NCBI GenBank assembly: GCA_009859145.1 | Contig: VRVR01000030.1 | Location: forward strand, 115,097 to 179,096 | Direction of reading: 5' to 3' | From: Andalucia godoyi And28 | Lineage: Eukaryota > Protista > Jakobida | Length of the DNA: 64,000 bases | Shown here: positions 55,020 to 64,000 of the stretch, piece after piece | Position numbering within the stretch: the first letter of the stretch is position 1 | Layout: every line of letters starts with the position of its first letter | The notes under the pieces: generated by a model | Seen by the model: the letters and a program-made list of their open reading frames with translations, nothing else | The model's database searches: none | Told to the model about the DNA's origin: nothing | Position numbers and translations under genes: made by a program

Positions 55020-55450
55020 GCTCTGGACAAATTCTTTTCCGTCGTCTTCTTATTCTTCCTTTTCCACAGCCCACATTTCTGGGAAGCGTTACGGACTTAC
55101 TGGCAAGATGAGCCGGGATCCGTTCGCTGCTTCGTACTACAGTAGCCACTGCAAATCAGATATGAGTGCTGCATGAGACTGCAGGCAGCATGGCGTACCG
55201 ATGCAGTGGTGTGTTCCCTGTGTGGCAGGGGATGGGATGGGATGAGCCGAACACCCTATAACACTGCTCGAGGATTGGAGACATCAGAAGTTCCGCACAG
55301 CAACCCAGGGCATCGAGACGACAACATGCGAAATGGAACGAAAAGAATGGGAGAAGACAAAACACAGAAAGAAAGCAAGCAGAGGGAGCAAGAAGAAGTC
55401 TGCTTTACAGATGTACTCGGCGATAACATACGAAAGGGAAAACATACAAA

Positions 55451-56302
55451 TCATAGGCGTAGCAATAGTGCAAACTGCCGCTGGAGCGAGAAGGAGACTG
55501 GATCGTCTTTCCTGAGAAGCATTGTTGAGAGTCTGAGCGACGGAATGCGGAGTTTCAAAGGTATGAAATGATACCGAACGCTGTCGAAAGAGGCGATGTA
55601 CGTCGAGAGGACTGTGGATACGGCGGTCGCTTCCGGCGTCAGAGCATTCAACATCAAGATCCAGCTCCGCTGTGAAACTACGCATCGCTTCTGCACCACA
55701 AGGCGACACGCGTTTGAAAAGATCAAATTCCTCAGGCTCTGCGTATGTACATGCGGGTCCAGCCATTCTTTGCAGTCTTGCATTTCTTGCTGCGACTCGT
55801 CTAGAAAATCAGAAAGTTGCGCCACGATGCGGTCGACAGTGGGTCGGTCCAGCTGGTGCGCTTCCTTCGAAGCAGCAGAATCGTCGACCAGGTTCAGAGC
55901 AATGTGGCTCATAAACGACTCTAGAGTCTCCGTGTGCGATTTGAGAGGAATGCTAGGAACATACGCAGTGTCCAATGGAACCTTCACCGACGGATACACA
56001 AGATTGGAAAATGGCTCGTTTTCTTGTGCAGTCGCAGGAAGCATCAATGGCATCCTTCCTGGTACGAACGGAACGGATGTTTTCAGAGACGGAAGCGAAA
56101 CCTCCATTTTTGACATGTCAATCTCAAACTCGGATCGCTCATTTGCTCGTGTGGATAATGATGAAGGTGCCGGTTCTCGGTGCTTGGCAGCTGGAAACAC
56201 TCCAAACAGCTCTTCCAAGATCGACGGGTTCTTTTCAGCATCTTCCAGCGTCAACATCGACGCATCTTTAAACTTGCGCCCAAACTCTTCCCATGTGCTC
56301 AT
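55451..56302 (-). CDS. Hypothetical protein
   Basis: About 283 aa ORF from ATG 56302; 3' end may be spliced. Confidence 0.5.
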   Translation of the reverse strand: MSTWEEFGRKFKDASMLTLEDAEKNPSILEELFGVFPAAKHREPAPSSLSTRANERSEFEIDMSKMEVSLPSLKTSVPFVPGRMPLMLPATAQENEPFSNLVYPSVKVPLDTAYVPSIPLKSHTETLESFMSHIALNLVDDSAASKEAHQLDRPTVDRIVAQLSDFLDESQQEMQDCKEWLDPHVHTQSLRNLIFSNACRLVVQKRCVVSQRSWILMLNALTPEATAVSTVLSTYIASFDSVRYHFIPLKLRIPSLRLSTMLLRKDDPVSFSLQRQFALLLRL

Positions 56303-56607
56303 CGACTGTCGCCAAAAAAACACGGCAGCGCAGTTTCATCCAGGAAGGACGGGCAAAGAAGAAGAAGAAGAAGAAGCAGGAGAGCGTCCTCAGATTCAAA
56401 AGAAAAAATGCGTGAAAACTGATGCTGACTGTAGCGATGCCTTACGTACGACACGGCTACCGCGTGATGCTTTGATGGTAGATCTTCTCCTGGCGCTGGT
56501 GTTTCGACTGCGTTTTTCCTGCGTTTTTCGCTTTGCAGTTGGATTCCTTTTGCTCTCTCCGCGTGTGTGTGTGTGCGTGTGTGTGCGTGCGTGCGTGCGG
56601 GTGTGTG

Positions 56608-59600
56608 ATGAACGCATATAGCCCCTTTGGGTCTCTTGGAGAGCTCATAGCGTCCGTGTACGATCAGTGTGACAATGTTCGTAGAAATGGAGAAGTTGTC
56701 ATCAGCCGGTTGTTGTGCACTGCAGGATTTTCTTTGGAGTTGCTCAAGTTTGCATTGGACCATTCGCAGCAACAGGACTTGCGTCATGCTGCACTTATTC
56801 TCTTGAAAAAGTTGATTCATGATCACTGGGATGGCTACGTGAATGAAACATACACGATTCCGGAGGATGAAAAACGAATTATTCGAAATGAGATTCTTTT
56901 TGGCTTGTTTTGTGAAGAGCAACTTGCAGCCGTTTCGATGGCTTCTGCTCGATGTGTCGCGACTATCGCTTCGTTTGATGTTCCTGAAAAGTGGCCAGAA
57001 TTGCTTCCAGGACTCCTCAGTGTTGTGCGCAACCCGTCCTCCACCGAAGCCAAAATTGAAAGCGCATTGCGGTGTCTGGCGCTTGTGACCGAAGATCTGA
57101 GTTCCTTGGATCTGGATTTTGCGGTGAACCATATCATCCCCCCATTGCATAATACGATCTCCGGGTCGCAGTACTCCCTGCTATCAAAGTATTTTGCGAT
57201 GTCATGCATCTCAAACGTTTTGGAAACTATGGCGCAACTAATCGAATCCGATCAGGACACACGAATTCTGGGCGCCTACATTCGATCCACGTTTCTGCCC
57301 ATGTTCGGACCACTGTTTTCCGAAGCACTCAGAGAGCCTCTGCTTCCTCTGTCCGATGTGTCGCAAAGGCGGACTGGCTGCTACGCATTTCGAATGAGTC
57401 TGCTGAAGTTGGTGCAGCTGCTCTACCAACAGATGAGCACGTACCTTGTCCCACCGTCCCCAAAGAAAAAGAAGAGTAAGAGTAAGGGCAATGGATCTGG
57501 GTCTGCATCGCAAAGGGACCCTGTTTCCCAAATGTCGCCGGCTGCTTCAAGCGCGGTATCACTGCCTTTCCTGGCGGAGCTTGTGGATTCTATTTGCCAG
57601 TTGGTACCGCTGTATCTTGGGCTGATTGTTCATGTGCCCAATAGTTCCGCGGTTCCGACGGCCATTCTCAGTGACAGAGTAGATTTCGAGGGGGAGGTCT
57701 ATTCTTTAGAAATCGTCACTCTGCAGTCAATAGAAGTACTGAACACGTTGATTGGGAACTTCCGAATCTCGCATTTTCTTGTTCCGTACTGTGAGCAAGT
57801 TTTATCATGTGCTGCCCACTTGATCCAGATTACTCCAGACCAAGCCTCCGTATGGATGGAAGATCCGAATGCGTATGTTGTGAATGAGGATGATTCTTCT
57901 GCAGAATTCACGGTGCGTTTGGTTTGTCTCGACTTGGTTTTCCACTTCTTGGAGGCGTTCGATGATGCGGCGACTTCTATGGATGCTGTTTGGAAGTCAA
58001 TTGGTCCGTTGTTGGCCAACAGTGAAGACTGGAGGTCTCGAGAGGCCGGTTTGGCTGTGTTCTCTGCTCTTGTCCAGAAGGATGCTGCATGTTTTGGACA
58101 ATGGGCGGCGCGCCACGGGCCGGGAATTTCGGCTCTTGTACGTGAGTGGCTTTCTGCGGACTTGTCTTCTGGGAATCCCTTCATTCGCGGTCGTGCACTG
58201 GCGCTGGTTCCATGCTTATCTCCATTCGTTTCGATCCATTTGCCTGCCGCCGTTCCAGGAATACTCGAGCTTGTCGTTTTTGCTGTTGTGTCGCCGAAGC
58301 AACCAATCCCCGTGCGCATGTCATCTTGCAAAGCTCTGCATGCTTTGTGTGGTAATGCTGACGCTTTGAAGCAGTTTGAATCCAAGTTCGGCGTTCAAGT
58401 TCCTGGAATTCTTTCCGCTCTGCAAACGATTGCGGGAGACTTGGAGTCGGACTCCCTCCAGCTGGTGTTGGAAAGTATGCGATCCATGTGTAGAATCATT
58501 GAAAAGGTGAACCTCAACGATGCTGATCTGCTCAACCTTTGGAATCACCACTTTTCGGTCTTATTTCGGCTCCTCGAGTCCAACCACGAAGATCCCATGA
58601 CTTGCGACATGATCGTTGATGATGTATGCACTCTTCTCAAACTTCCGAATTGCCGTGTTGTCTTTTCCCAACAGTTTATGCCAACAGTAACACGCTCTTT
58701 GGCACTATTTAATGATCCCAAGTTTGTACATTCGTGTCTGTATGCATTAGAGATTCTGCGTCGATTTGTGGACTCTGCAGATTTGACGTCTCCGTACCTC
58801 ACCACACTGTTTTCGGAGTTGTTTGGCCAACTGGTGCGCATCACTACCTCCACAGACCAGACCATGCTGTTGCAGCGATCTTTGGATTGCCTGCGCTCCT
58901 TCTTGAGGGTGGTTCCCATTTCAGTTTTCATTTCGTCTTCGGAATACATCACCAGTCTCTTTGGTGTCGTTTCGCATCTCGTGTCTGGTGACGTGAACGA
59001 ATCTGCGTTGCTGTCGCTGGGTGCTTTCTTGTCCGTATTTGTGACAAAGTTCTCGTCCTTGGCTTCTTATGAGCAATTGACAGCGTTGATCAAGATTGTT
59101 GCCCAACGGCTGTTCTCGACTCAATCGCATTCTCTGAAGCGGACACTGATTGTCTTCTTTGCAAAACTCGTTTTTGCGGATCCCATCACCATTGTTAGCT
59201 ATTTATCATCCGTGATGCAAGAGGACGGGTCGAGTTTGTCCTTGTTTCAGGGGCTGCTTCTGTCTTGGACATCTCTGCAATCCGAAATGCTTGCTCGTTA
59301 CGAAGCGAATGTCTCTGTATCAGCACTGACGAAACTGTTCTTCTTCAACTCCCCTCTCATGGACATTACGCTTCCTCAAGTCCGGGAAGTTGAATCTTCG
59401 TCTTCTCGGTTGTCTCCAATGAACTCCCCTTCCTCTCGTCCGAAGGAATACTCGATCGGAATCAAAACCCGGAGTTTTGCGGCGCTGGAAAAGGCGCGAA
59501 TGCGGACGGAGATTGTGCAGGTGCACGCTCGTCTTGTTGTGTTTCATGCTCTAGTATCTGTGTTCTTGCGGCTGACCGAAGATGACTTGCTTGCCAATGA

Positions 59601-59979
59601 CGAGTACGATGAAGACGACGGGGACTTCGATGAGGGGGAGACATGTCGTGATGAAGCTGCGAAGGCGGGACAGTCTCCGTTTGCGGATGCTGCAGAGTTT
59701 GCCCACGTACTCGAAGACGAGCCGGATGATGCTGGACTGGGTGTTTTTGGTCTTGGAGGAGGAATGGGAGAGTTTGACGATGAAGAAGAGCAGGAAGACG
59801 ATCCAGACATCCTAGCGGACCCCCTTTTCCAGCTGGATGTCCGCAAATTCTTGGCCTCCTTGTTCTTTGGAACGTCCGAGTATGGCCCTATTCCCCAGTT
59901 TGAAACGCTGCTTTCTTCGATCCCGGACATTGAAAGGGATCCCTTCATAGCTGTTATGCAGAAACTGAAAAGATCGTAA
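56608..59979 (+). CDS. IPO9: Importin-9-like karyopherin
   Basis: IBN_N LRHAALILLKKLI..HW, IASFDVPEKWPEL, WMEDPNAYV..ED, acidic loop and DPL near C-terminus. Confidence 0.8.
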   Translation: MNAYSPFGSLGELIASVYDQCDNVRRNGEVVISRLLCTAGFSLELLKFALDHSQQQDLRHAALILLKKLIHDHWDGYVNETYTIPEDEKRIIRNEILFGLFCEEQLAAVSMASARCVATIASFDVPEKWPELLPGLLSVVRNPSSTEAKIESALRCLALVTEDLSSLDLDFAVNHIIPPLHNTISGSQYSLLSKYFAMSCISNVLETMAQLIESDQDTRILGAYIRSTFLPMFGPLFSEALREPLLPLSDVSQRRTGCYAFRMSLLKLVQLLYQQMSTYLVPPSPKKKKSKSKGNGSGSASQRDPVSQMSPAASSAVSLPFLAELVDSICQLVPLYLGLIVHVPNSSAVPTAILSDRVDFEGEVYSLEIVTLQSIEVLNTLIGNFRISHFLVPYCEQVLSCAAHLIQITPDQASVWMEDPNAYVVNEDDSSAEFTVRLVCLDLVFHFLEAFDDAATSMDAVWKSIGPLLANSEDWRSREAGLAVFSALVQKDAACFGQWAARHGPGISALVREWLSADLSSGNPFIRGRALALVPCLSPFVSIHLPAAVPGILELVVFAVVSPKQPIPVRMSSCKALHALCGNADALKQFESKFGVQVPGILSALQTIAGDLESDSLQLVLESMRSMCRIIEKVNLNDADLLNLWNHHFSVLFRLLESNHEDPMTCDMIVDDVCTLLKLPNCRVVFSQQFMPTVTRSLALFNDPKFVHSCLYALEILRRFVDSADLTSPYLTTLFSELFGQLVRITTSTDQTMLLQRSLDCLRSFLRVVPISVFISSSEYITSLFGVVSHLVSGDVNESALLSLGAFLSVFVTKFSSLASYEQLTALIKIVAQRLFSTQSHSLKRTLIVFFAKLVFADPITIVSYLSSVMQEDGSSLSLFQGLLLSWTSLQSEMLARYEANVSVSALTKLFFFNSPLMDITLPQVREVESSSSRLSPMNSPSSRPKEYSIGIKTRSFAALEKARMRTEIVQVHARLVVFHALVSVFLRLTEDDLLANDEYDEDDGDFDEGETCRDEAAKAGQSPFADAAEFAHVLEDEPDDAGLGVFGLGGGMGEFDDEEEQEDDPDILADPLFQLDVRKFLASLFFGTSEYGPIPQFETLLSSIPDIERDPFIAVMQKLKRS

Positions 59980-60187
59980 AGTCAACACTACCTAGAGAAG
60001 CATCTTTTTTGGTCGCCGAGGAATGGGGGAAGGATATGCGACAGAATCAACCTGGGCTTGGCGCAAGTGATGATCATTGGCAATGCTTCAACACCAAAGA
60101 AGAAACATAATGCATTTTACTTTCCCTTACTATGTGAACTTTGCTGTTTGTTTGGTTGTTTTTGCTCTTGTTCGCCCTTTTTCCCGC

Positions 60188-60627
60188 TTAGCTCTCTGCA
60201 ACATCTACCTTTTCTTCTTCGTCTACAAGAAATCCCACCATGCTCTTTTGCATCAGAGAATCAATGTTCACCCAAGCATGATACTTGTCAAACATTGACG
60301 ATCCTTCTTTTCCAGCAACCATCATCAGCTTCTCCGGGCCTCCGGGGTGATAATCCAGATACGGAGCGATGTTGTAAATCTTCCCTCGAATGACAGTCCA
60401 CGCGTCTTCTCTGGTGTTATGTTTCTTAACCTCGCTCATCGGAACCCGGATCCAGCGTCCACCCGGGACCCCAGAAAGCGACGTAGACTCGTCATTCAGT
60501 TTCTGCCATCCAACAAGGCCGTGCCCCGGCTTCAAAGCAACCTTTTCCCGCGGTTTCCCGGGAACAGCGGCGAGCTGTGGAGACCCTTCATTCAACCATC
60601 CAATTGTGTTTATCTTGTCGGCACCAC

Positions 60628-60631
<4 letters not shown>
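60188..60631 (-). CDS. Cytochrome b5 domain protein (CYB5R4/RLF N-terminal type)
   Basis: KVALKPGHGLVGW, HNTREDAW, YHPGG, FDKYHAWVN. Confidence 0.9.
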
Positions 60632-60661
<30 letters not shown>

Positions 60662-61023
60662 TCCTCTTCGTTTCTTTCTCTTCCAATTGCACTCCTTCTC
60701 TGCTCCCCCTTCTTGCCTGCTCCTCAGCGCAACGGAAAACGTGCCAGCTGCACTGGGCAAAGCGTCTTTCTCTGCTCCAGCTGCTTGGCGGGGAATTTTC
60801 CGGATGCAGGCCTCGGAAACGCCCGACGCAGGCTACGCGCGTTGGACGACGACGGCGGAATCCAAAAGTATCTACGGTAGGCTACGGTATCTATGACTCA
60901 ACCATGAAAACCCGCTCCAGCATGCGCTCCGGTCGAAAACCGAAACCCACCCGGAAAAGGATGGTGATAATGAAGTTGATAACGACCGGTTGGGGGGATA
61001 TTCGGACAAGAACACTCGGCAGA

Positions 61024-62103
61024 ATGGGATGTTTCTTTTCAAAGGAAGCAGAGCAAGTAGACATTGTGTACAGGTACTCGTATGAATGTGAACCGATAGC
61101 AGGATTCCTGGAACGCGCTCAAATATCCGATGCTTCTGCGTTCCAAATGTCGAAGCTTTCGTCTCAAACCGTGGTTCGGCCACCAGGCTCGATCGGCGGT
61201 CAGGCGTTTGCAATTGAAGAATGTACAGATTGTGATATTTTTCTGACGGACCACATTGCGTCGATCAACATCGACGAATGCACTAACTGCCGACTGTTCA
61301 TTGGACCGACCGCTGGGCCTGTGTTCTTGCGAAACTGTGTGGGATGTGTGTGTATTGTTGCATGTCAGCAATTTCGAACACGGGACTGTTCGGATTGCAC
61401 ACTTTTGCTTTATGCAGCGAACCGTCCAATCATCGAAGAATCCAGAAATATGAAGATTGGCTGTTTCTCGTTCTTCTACTTCAATCTTCGCGCTCAATTC
61501 AATGCTGCCAAGTTGAGCATTTACAACAACACGTGGTGGAACGTGTACGATTTCACACCTTCCAATTCTGTGCAATCTTGTGTGTTCTTGTCTCTGGAAG
61601 AAATGAAACAAGTCGCAACGGGTTTCAGAACTCTTGCATCAGTCGCTCCTGAATACTTCTCTGGCGACGAGGTGGATATCTGTGCTCAAACAAGCGTCGT
61701 GCCGTACACGATTGGGAAGGCGGGTGTTGATCATCTGCTGGATTCCAGTACTCCGAACGTTCGTCTTTTAGTCTTGTTTCCGCCCAAGTTTGCGGCAGAT
61801 GCGCTCAAGCTCGTGGCTCGTTGCGACCCGCAAACCAGTCACATGCATCGCGCCAGAGAGATTCTGTTCAGCAGTGATCAATTCGCGCAGCTTTTTGCAT
61901 TCCAAGGGCTCAAACGGGCAGCAGGTAACCGAAAGATGTGGCTTGAGGGCCCGTCCATCGGAGTCGAACTGACCGTTCCGTCTGTTGACTTGGTGCAGAC
62001 CGTTCTTCAGGAGATGTTTGGGAAGCATGCCGGTGACGTATGTCTTGATGCAAATCTGGAAACCGCAGATTATTTTTTCGAGAGGCTTCCGGAGTCCGTG
62101 TAG
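61024..62103 (+). CDS. RP2: XRP2/RP2-like Arl3 GAP (TBCC domain plus NDK-like C-terminus)
   Basis: MGCFFSK acylation motif; GQAFAIEECTDC, GPVFLRNC, ACQQFRTRDC, PIIEES, NNTWWNVYDFT. Confidence 0.88.
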   Translation: MGCFFSKEAEQVDIVYRYSYECEPIAGFLERAQISDASAFQMSKLSSQTVVRPPGSIGGQAFAIEECTDCDIFLTDHIASINIDECTNCRLFIGPTAGPVFLRNCVGCVCIVACQQFRTRDCSDCTLLLYAANRPIIEESRNMKIGCFSFFYFNLRAQFNAAKLSIYNNTWWNVYDFTPSNSVQSCVFLSLEEMKQVATGFRTLASVAPEYFSGDEVDICAQTSVVPYTIGKAGVDHLLDSSTPNVRLLVLFPPKFAADALKLVARCDPQTSHMHRAREILFSSDQFAQLFAFQGLKRAAGNRKMWLEGPSIGVELTVPSVDLVQTVLQEMFGKHAGDVCLDANLETADYFFERLPESV

Positions 62104-62320
62104 CCTGTAGTAAGTTGTTTTCTTATTCCTATACCTATTCTTGCTTTCCATGGCCAATTGGCCGTAAAAACAATGCCAAATCTGCTCTTGAAAACAAAAC
62201 ACCTATTCGAAAGAAGAAGAAAACGGCGGGAGGAACAGGAACAGAGGGGGCATTGCGCAGAGGATCCCAGCCATAGCCGAATTTCTTTACATCCATTTTC
62301 CAAACTGAGAGCCTCTCTTG

Positions 62321-62920
62321 CTACGAGAGTCCAAGAAGCTGCTTTGACTGGATAATGTTCTTTTCCTTTCCCGGCCCAAGAATCCGCTTTCCAGCATCAG
62401 ACCAGTACGAGTGTGATTCTAGAAACTTCAGATTGGACTCGTTCCAGTCTCTCGGAGTTGTTTCTGGTTTGAGAATCCCTTGCTTTGTGAATTCGATTCG
62501 CAAGGACTCGGATCGCAAGAAGAACCATTCGGTGCCAAGATGCCCAAGATCTGCGTCACACATCAACTTGCACAGAATGTCGTCTCCTGGATTCTGAGGC
62601 ATCATTGTCGCCATGATTATTCTCGAGATATGCTCGATCTCTTCGGGAGAATAACCCCATTTCGGCAGTTCTTCCTGAGCTCTCTTCACTCCAAATGGCT
62701 CATTCTTGGGATACACATCGAGATATCCGGTGTCATGAAACAGCGCTGCAACTTTTAAAAGACGGAGCTCAGCCTCGGATATGCCCTGCTCTTTTCCCAG
62801 TCTTTCTGCCATCGGGAGAACATCTTTTCGAGTATGATCCGTGCAATGATACAGCAAATGCGCCGGCAACTTAGCGTCAAGCTCCGCAAAGACTTTGGAG
62901 CACAAATCCTCAAACGACAT
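62321..62920 (-). CDS. Stand-alone HD-domain metal-dependent phosphohydrolase
   Basis: YHCTDHT, AALFHDTGY, IMAT..PQNP, CDADLGHLG. Confidence 0.85.
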   Translation of the reverse strand: MSFEDLCSKVFAELDAKLPAHLLYHCTDHTRKDVLPMAERLGKEQGISEAELRLLKVAALFHDTGYLDVYPKNEPFGVKRAQEELPKWGYSPEEIEHISRIIMATMMPQNPGDDILCKLMCDADLGHLGTEWFFLRSESLRIEFTKQGILKPETTPRDWNESNLKFLESHSYWSDAGKRILGPGKEKNIIQSKQLLGLS

Positions 62921-63418
62921 CTATTAATTTATTTATTTCTCCTCGTTCCTGCTTTGGTTTTTTGTTTTTTTTTAAATAAAAAAATGTTCGCACGTTTTTG
63001 ACGTTTCCACACGAGCACAAAAAAAAAAAATTTAAAATCAACAAGAAGCTTCACAAGGCACAAAGCTGTTCTCTGCGCTTGAAAAATAAAAGGCAATTCG
63101 AGTTTCGGCACGCCAAAATGAAAGTGGAAACACGATTCGGGCTCACGATTTCACAAAGCAAGGATTCGAGCAACGTGCAGAAAGTGCTTGATTCTTCGCC
63201 GGTTGATGCAACAAACAAAACAACAGCAGCAGGATTTTTTTCTCCGATCGTTGGGAAATGGACGAGAACGCTGAACGACCCGAAAAAATGGAAGGGAAGG
63301 AAGGACCTTTTCCAGCGCATTTCCAAAGTTTGATTTCGTTTCCTTCTCTACTCTTGGTTTTTATAGTTGTCATTTTTAGTAAAGGAAGAAAGAAAGAGGG
63401 GAAAACTGCACGACAACC

Positions 63419-64000
63419 ATGGCTTCTGAATTCTTATCAAAGTCTCTTCTCGATTGCATTCTTGAAAAGGTGGAAGGCCAGCAGCAAAAAACATCTTTTG
63501 TGTCAAGAACACTTTGGATTGGCCGGCTGAAAGATGGTGGGTCGTCGTCGGCAGCATTGAATCTCACTCGGGATGTGCTTTCTGTTGTTCGCCGGCGCCA
63601 AGAACGCGCTGCATTTATGACGGCAGAGGATCTGGAGGCTTCCGTAACGGGAATCCAACTTGGTCTCTCCACGTTTGTGGCAACACTTGTAGAAGCCAGC
63701 CCATCGGTTCTTGAAAGCATGTATGAGACAATTATGGTTCATCACCTGTATCATTCGACGTTTGATGATATTCGAGTAATTGCGTACACAGATGATATTC
63801 CCAAGCGAAGTTTCCACACGTTTGTCAACAAGGATGTGGCTCCGCCAAATGCAGACGTGCAGTTGGACGATGAGAATCTGGTGGCAAATCTTGCAGATTT
63901 ATATCTCAATTTTGTGCAGCTCGGCGACGCGATGGCTGGCAAGCGAGACTCACAGCTTGCGTCATTCTTGGAAACGATGAAGACTACGTGTGCCCACTTG
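63419..64000 (+). CDS. TEX47-like BLUF-fold protein, runs off window end
   Basis: Frame open from ATG 63419 to base 64000; VTGIQL..LVEASPSVL..IRVIAYTDDIPKRSF resembles the TEX47/BLUF-like pattern. Confidence 0.55.
   Translation, partial: MASEFLSKSLLDCILEKVEGQQQKTSFVSRTLWIGRLKDGGSSSAALNLTRDVLSVVRRRQERAAFMTAEDLEASVTGIQLGLSTFVATLVEASPSVLESMYETIMVHHLYHSTFDDIRVIAYTDDIPKRSFHTFVNKDVAPPNADVQLDDENLVANLADLYLNFVQLGDAMAGKRDSQLASFLETMKTTCAHL

Noticed and set aside
55596-56621. Long antisense or alternative-frame ORFs (also 2480..3061, 37151..38053, 49842..50594)
   Set aside because: Shadow frames of supported or better-composed genes on the opposite strand

Overview
Gene-dense, intron-poor eukaryotic DNA, most likely from a flagellated protist (DNAL1, RP2 and TEX47-like genes; GT-AG introns near gene 5' ends; many microsatellites). 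About 35 protein genes can be supported, mostly housekeeping: BRCA2, CHO2-type PEMT, mL40, AC19, a PRMT, Aquarius, FANCD2-like, glycogen phosphorylase, ERO1, SLU7, LAMTOR5, enolase, Maf, importin-9 and others. Three intergenic pockets (about 25.1-26.0, 33.5-33.9 and 51.6-53.6 kb) hold mobile DNA. One is a decayed TIR-bounded IS630/Tc1-type element. The rest are four diverged, internally deleted Fanzor/TnpB remnants, each keeping a different piece of the nuclease ORF but all keeping the same structured 3' module of about 70-115 nt. That module looks like an omegaRNA scaffold with a pseudoknot, followed by a copy-specific guide. Other notable genes: a eukaryotic homolog of the tetraether synthase Tes/GDGT-MAS family that has lost its radical-SAM CxxxCxxC motif, a defence-type SIR2_2 protein fused to a split pseudo-receiver domain, an enolase with an N-terminal docking-type helical domain, and bacterial-like hemerythrin and HD proteins. 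All family calls come from motif recognition by eye; no database search was run.
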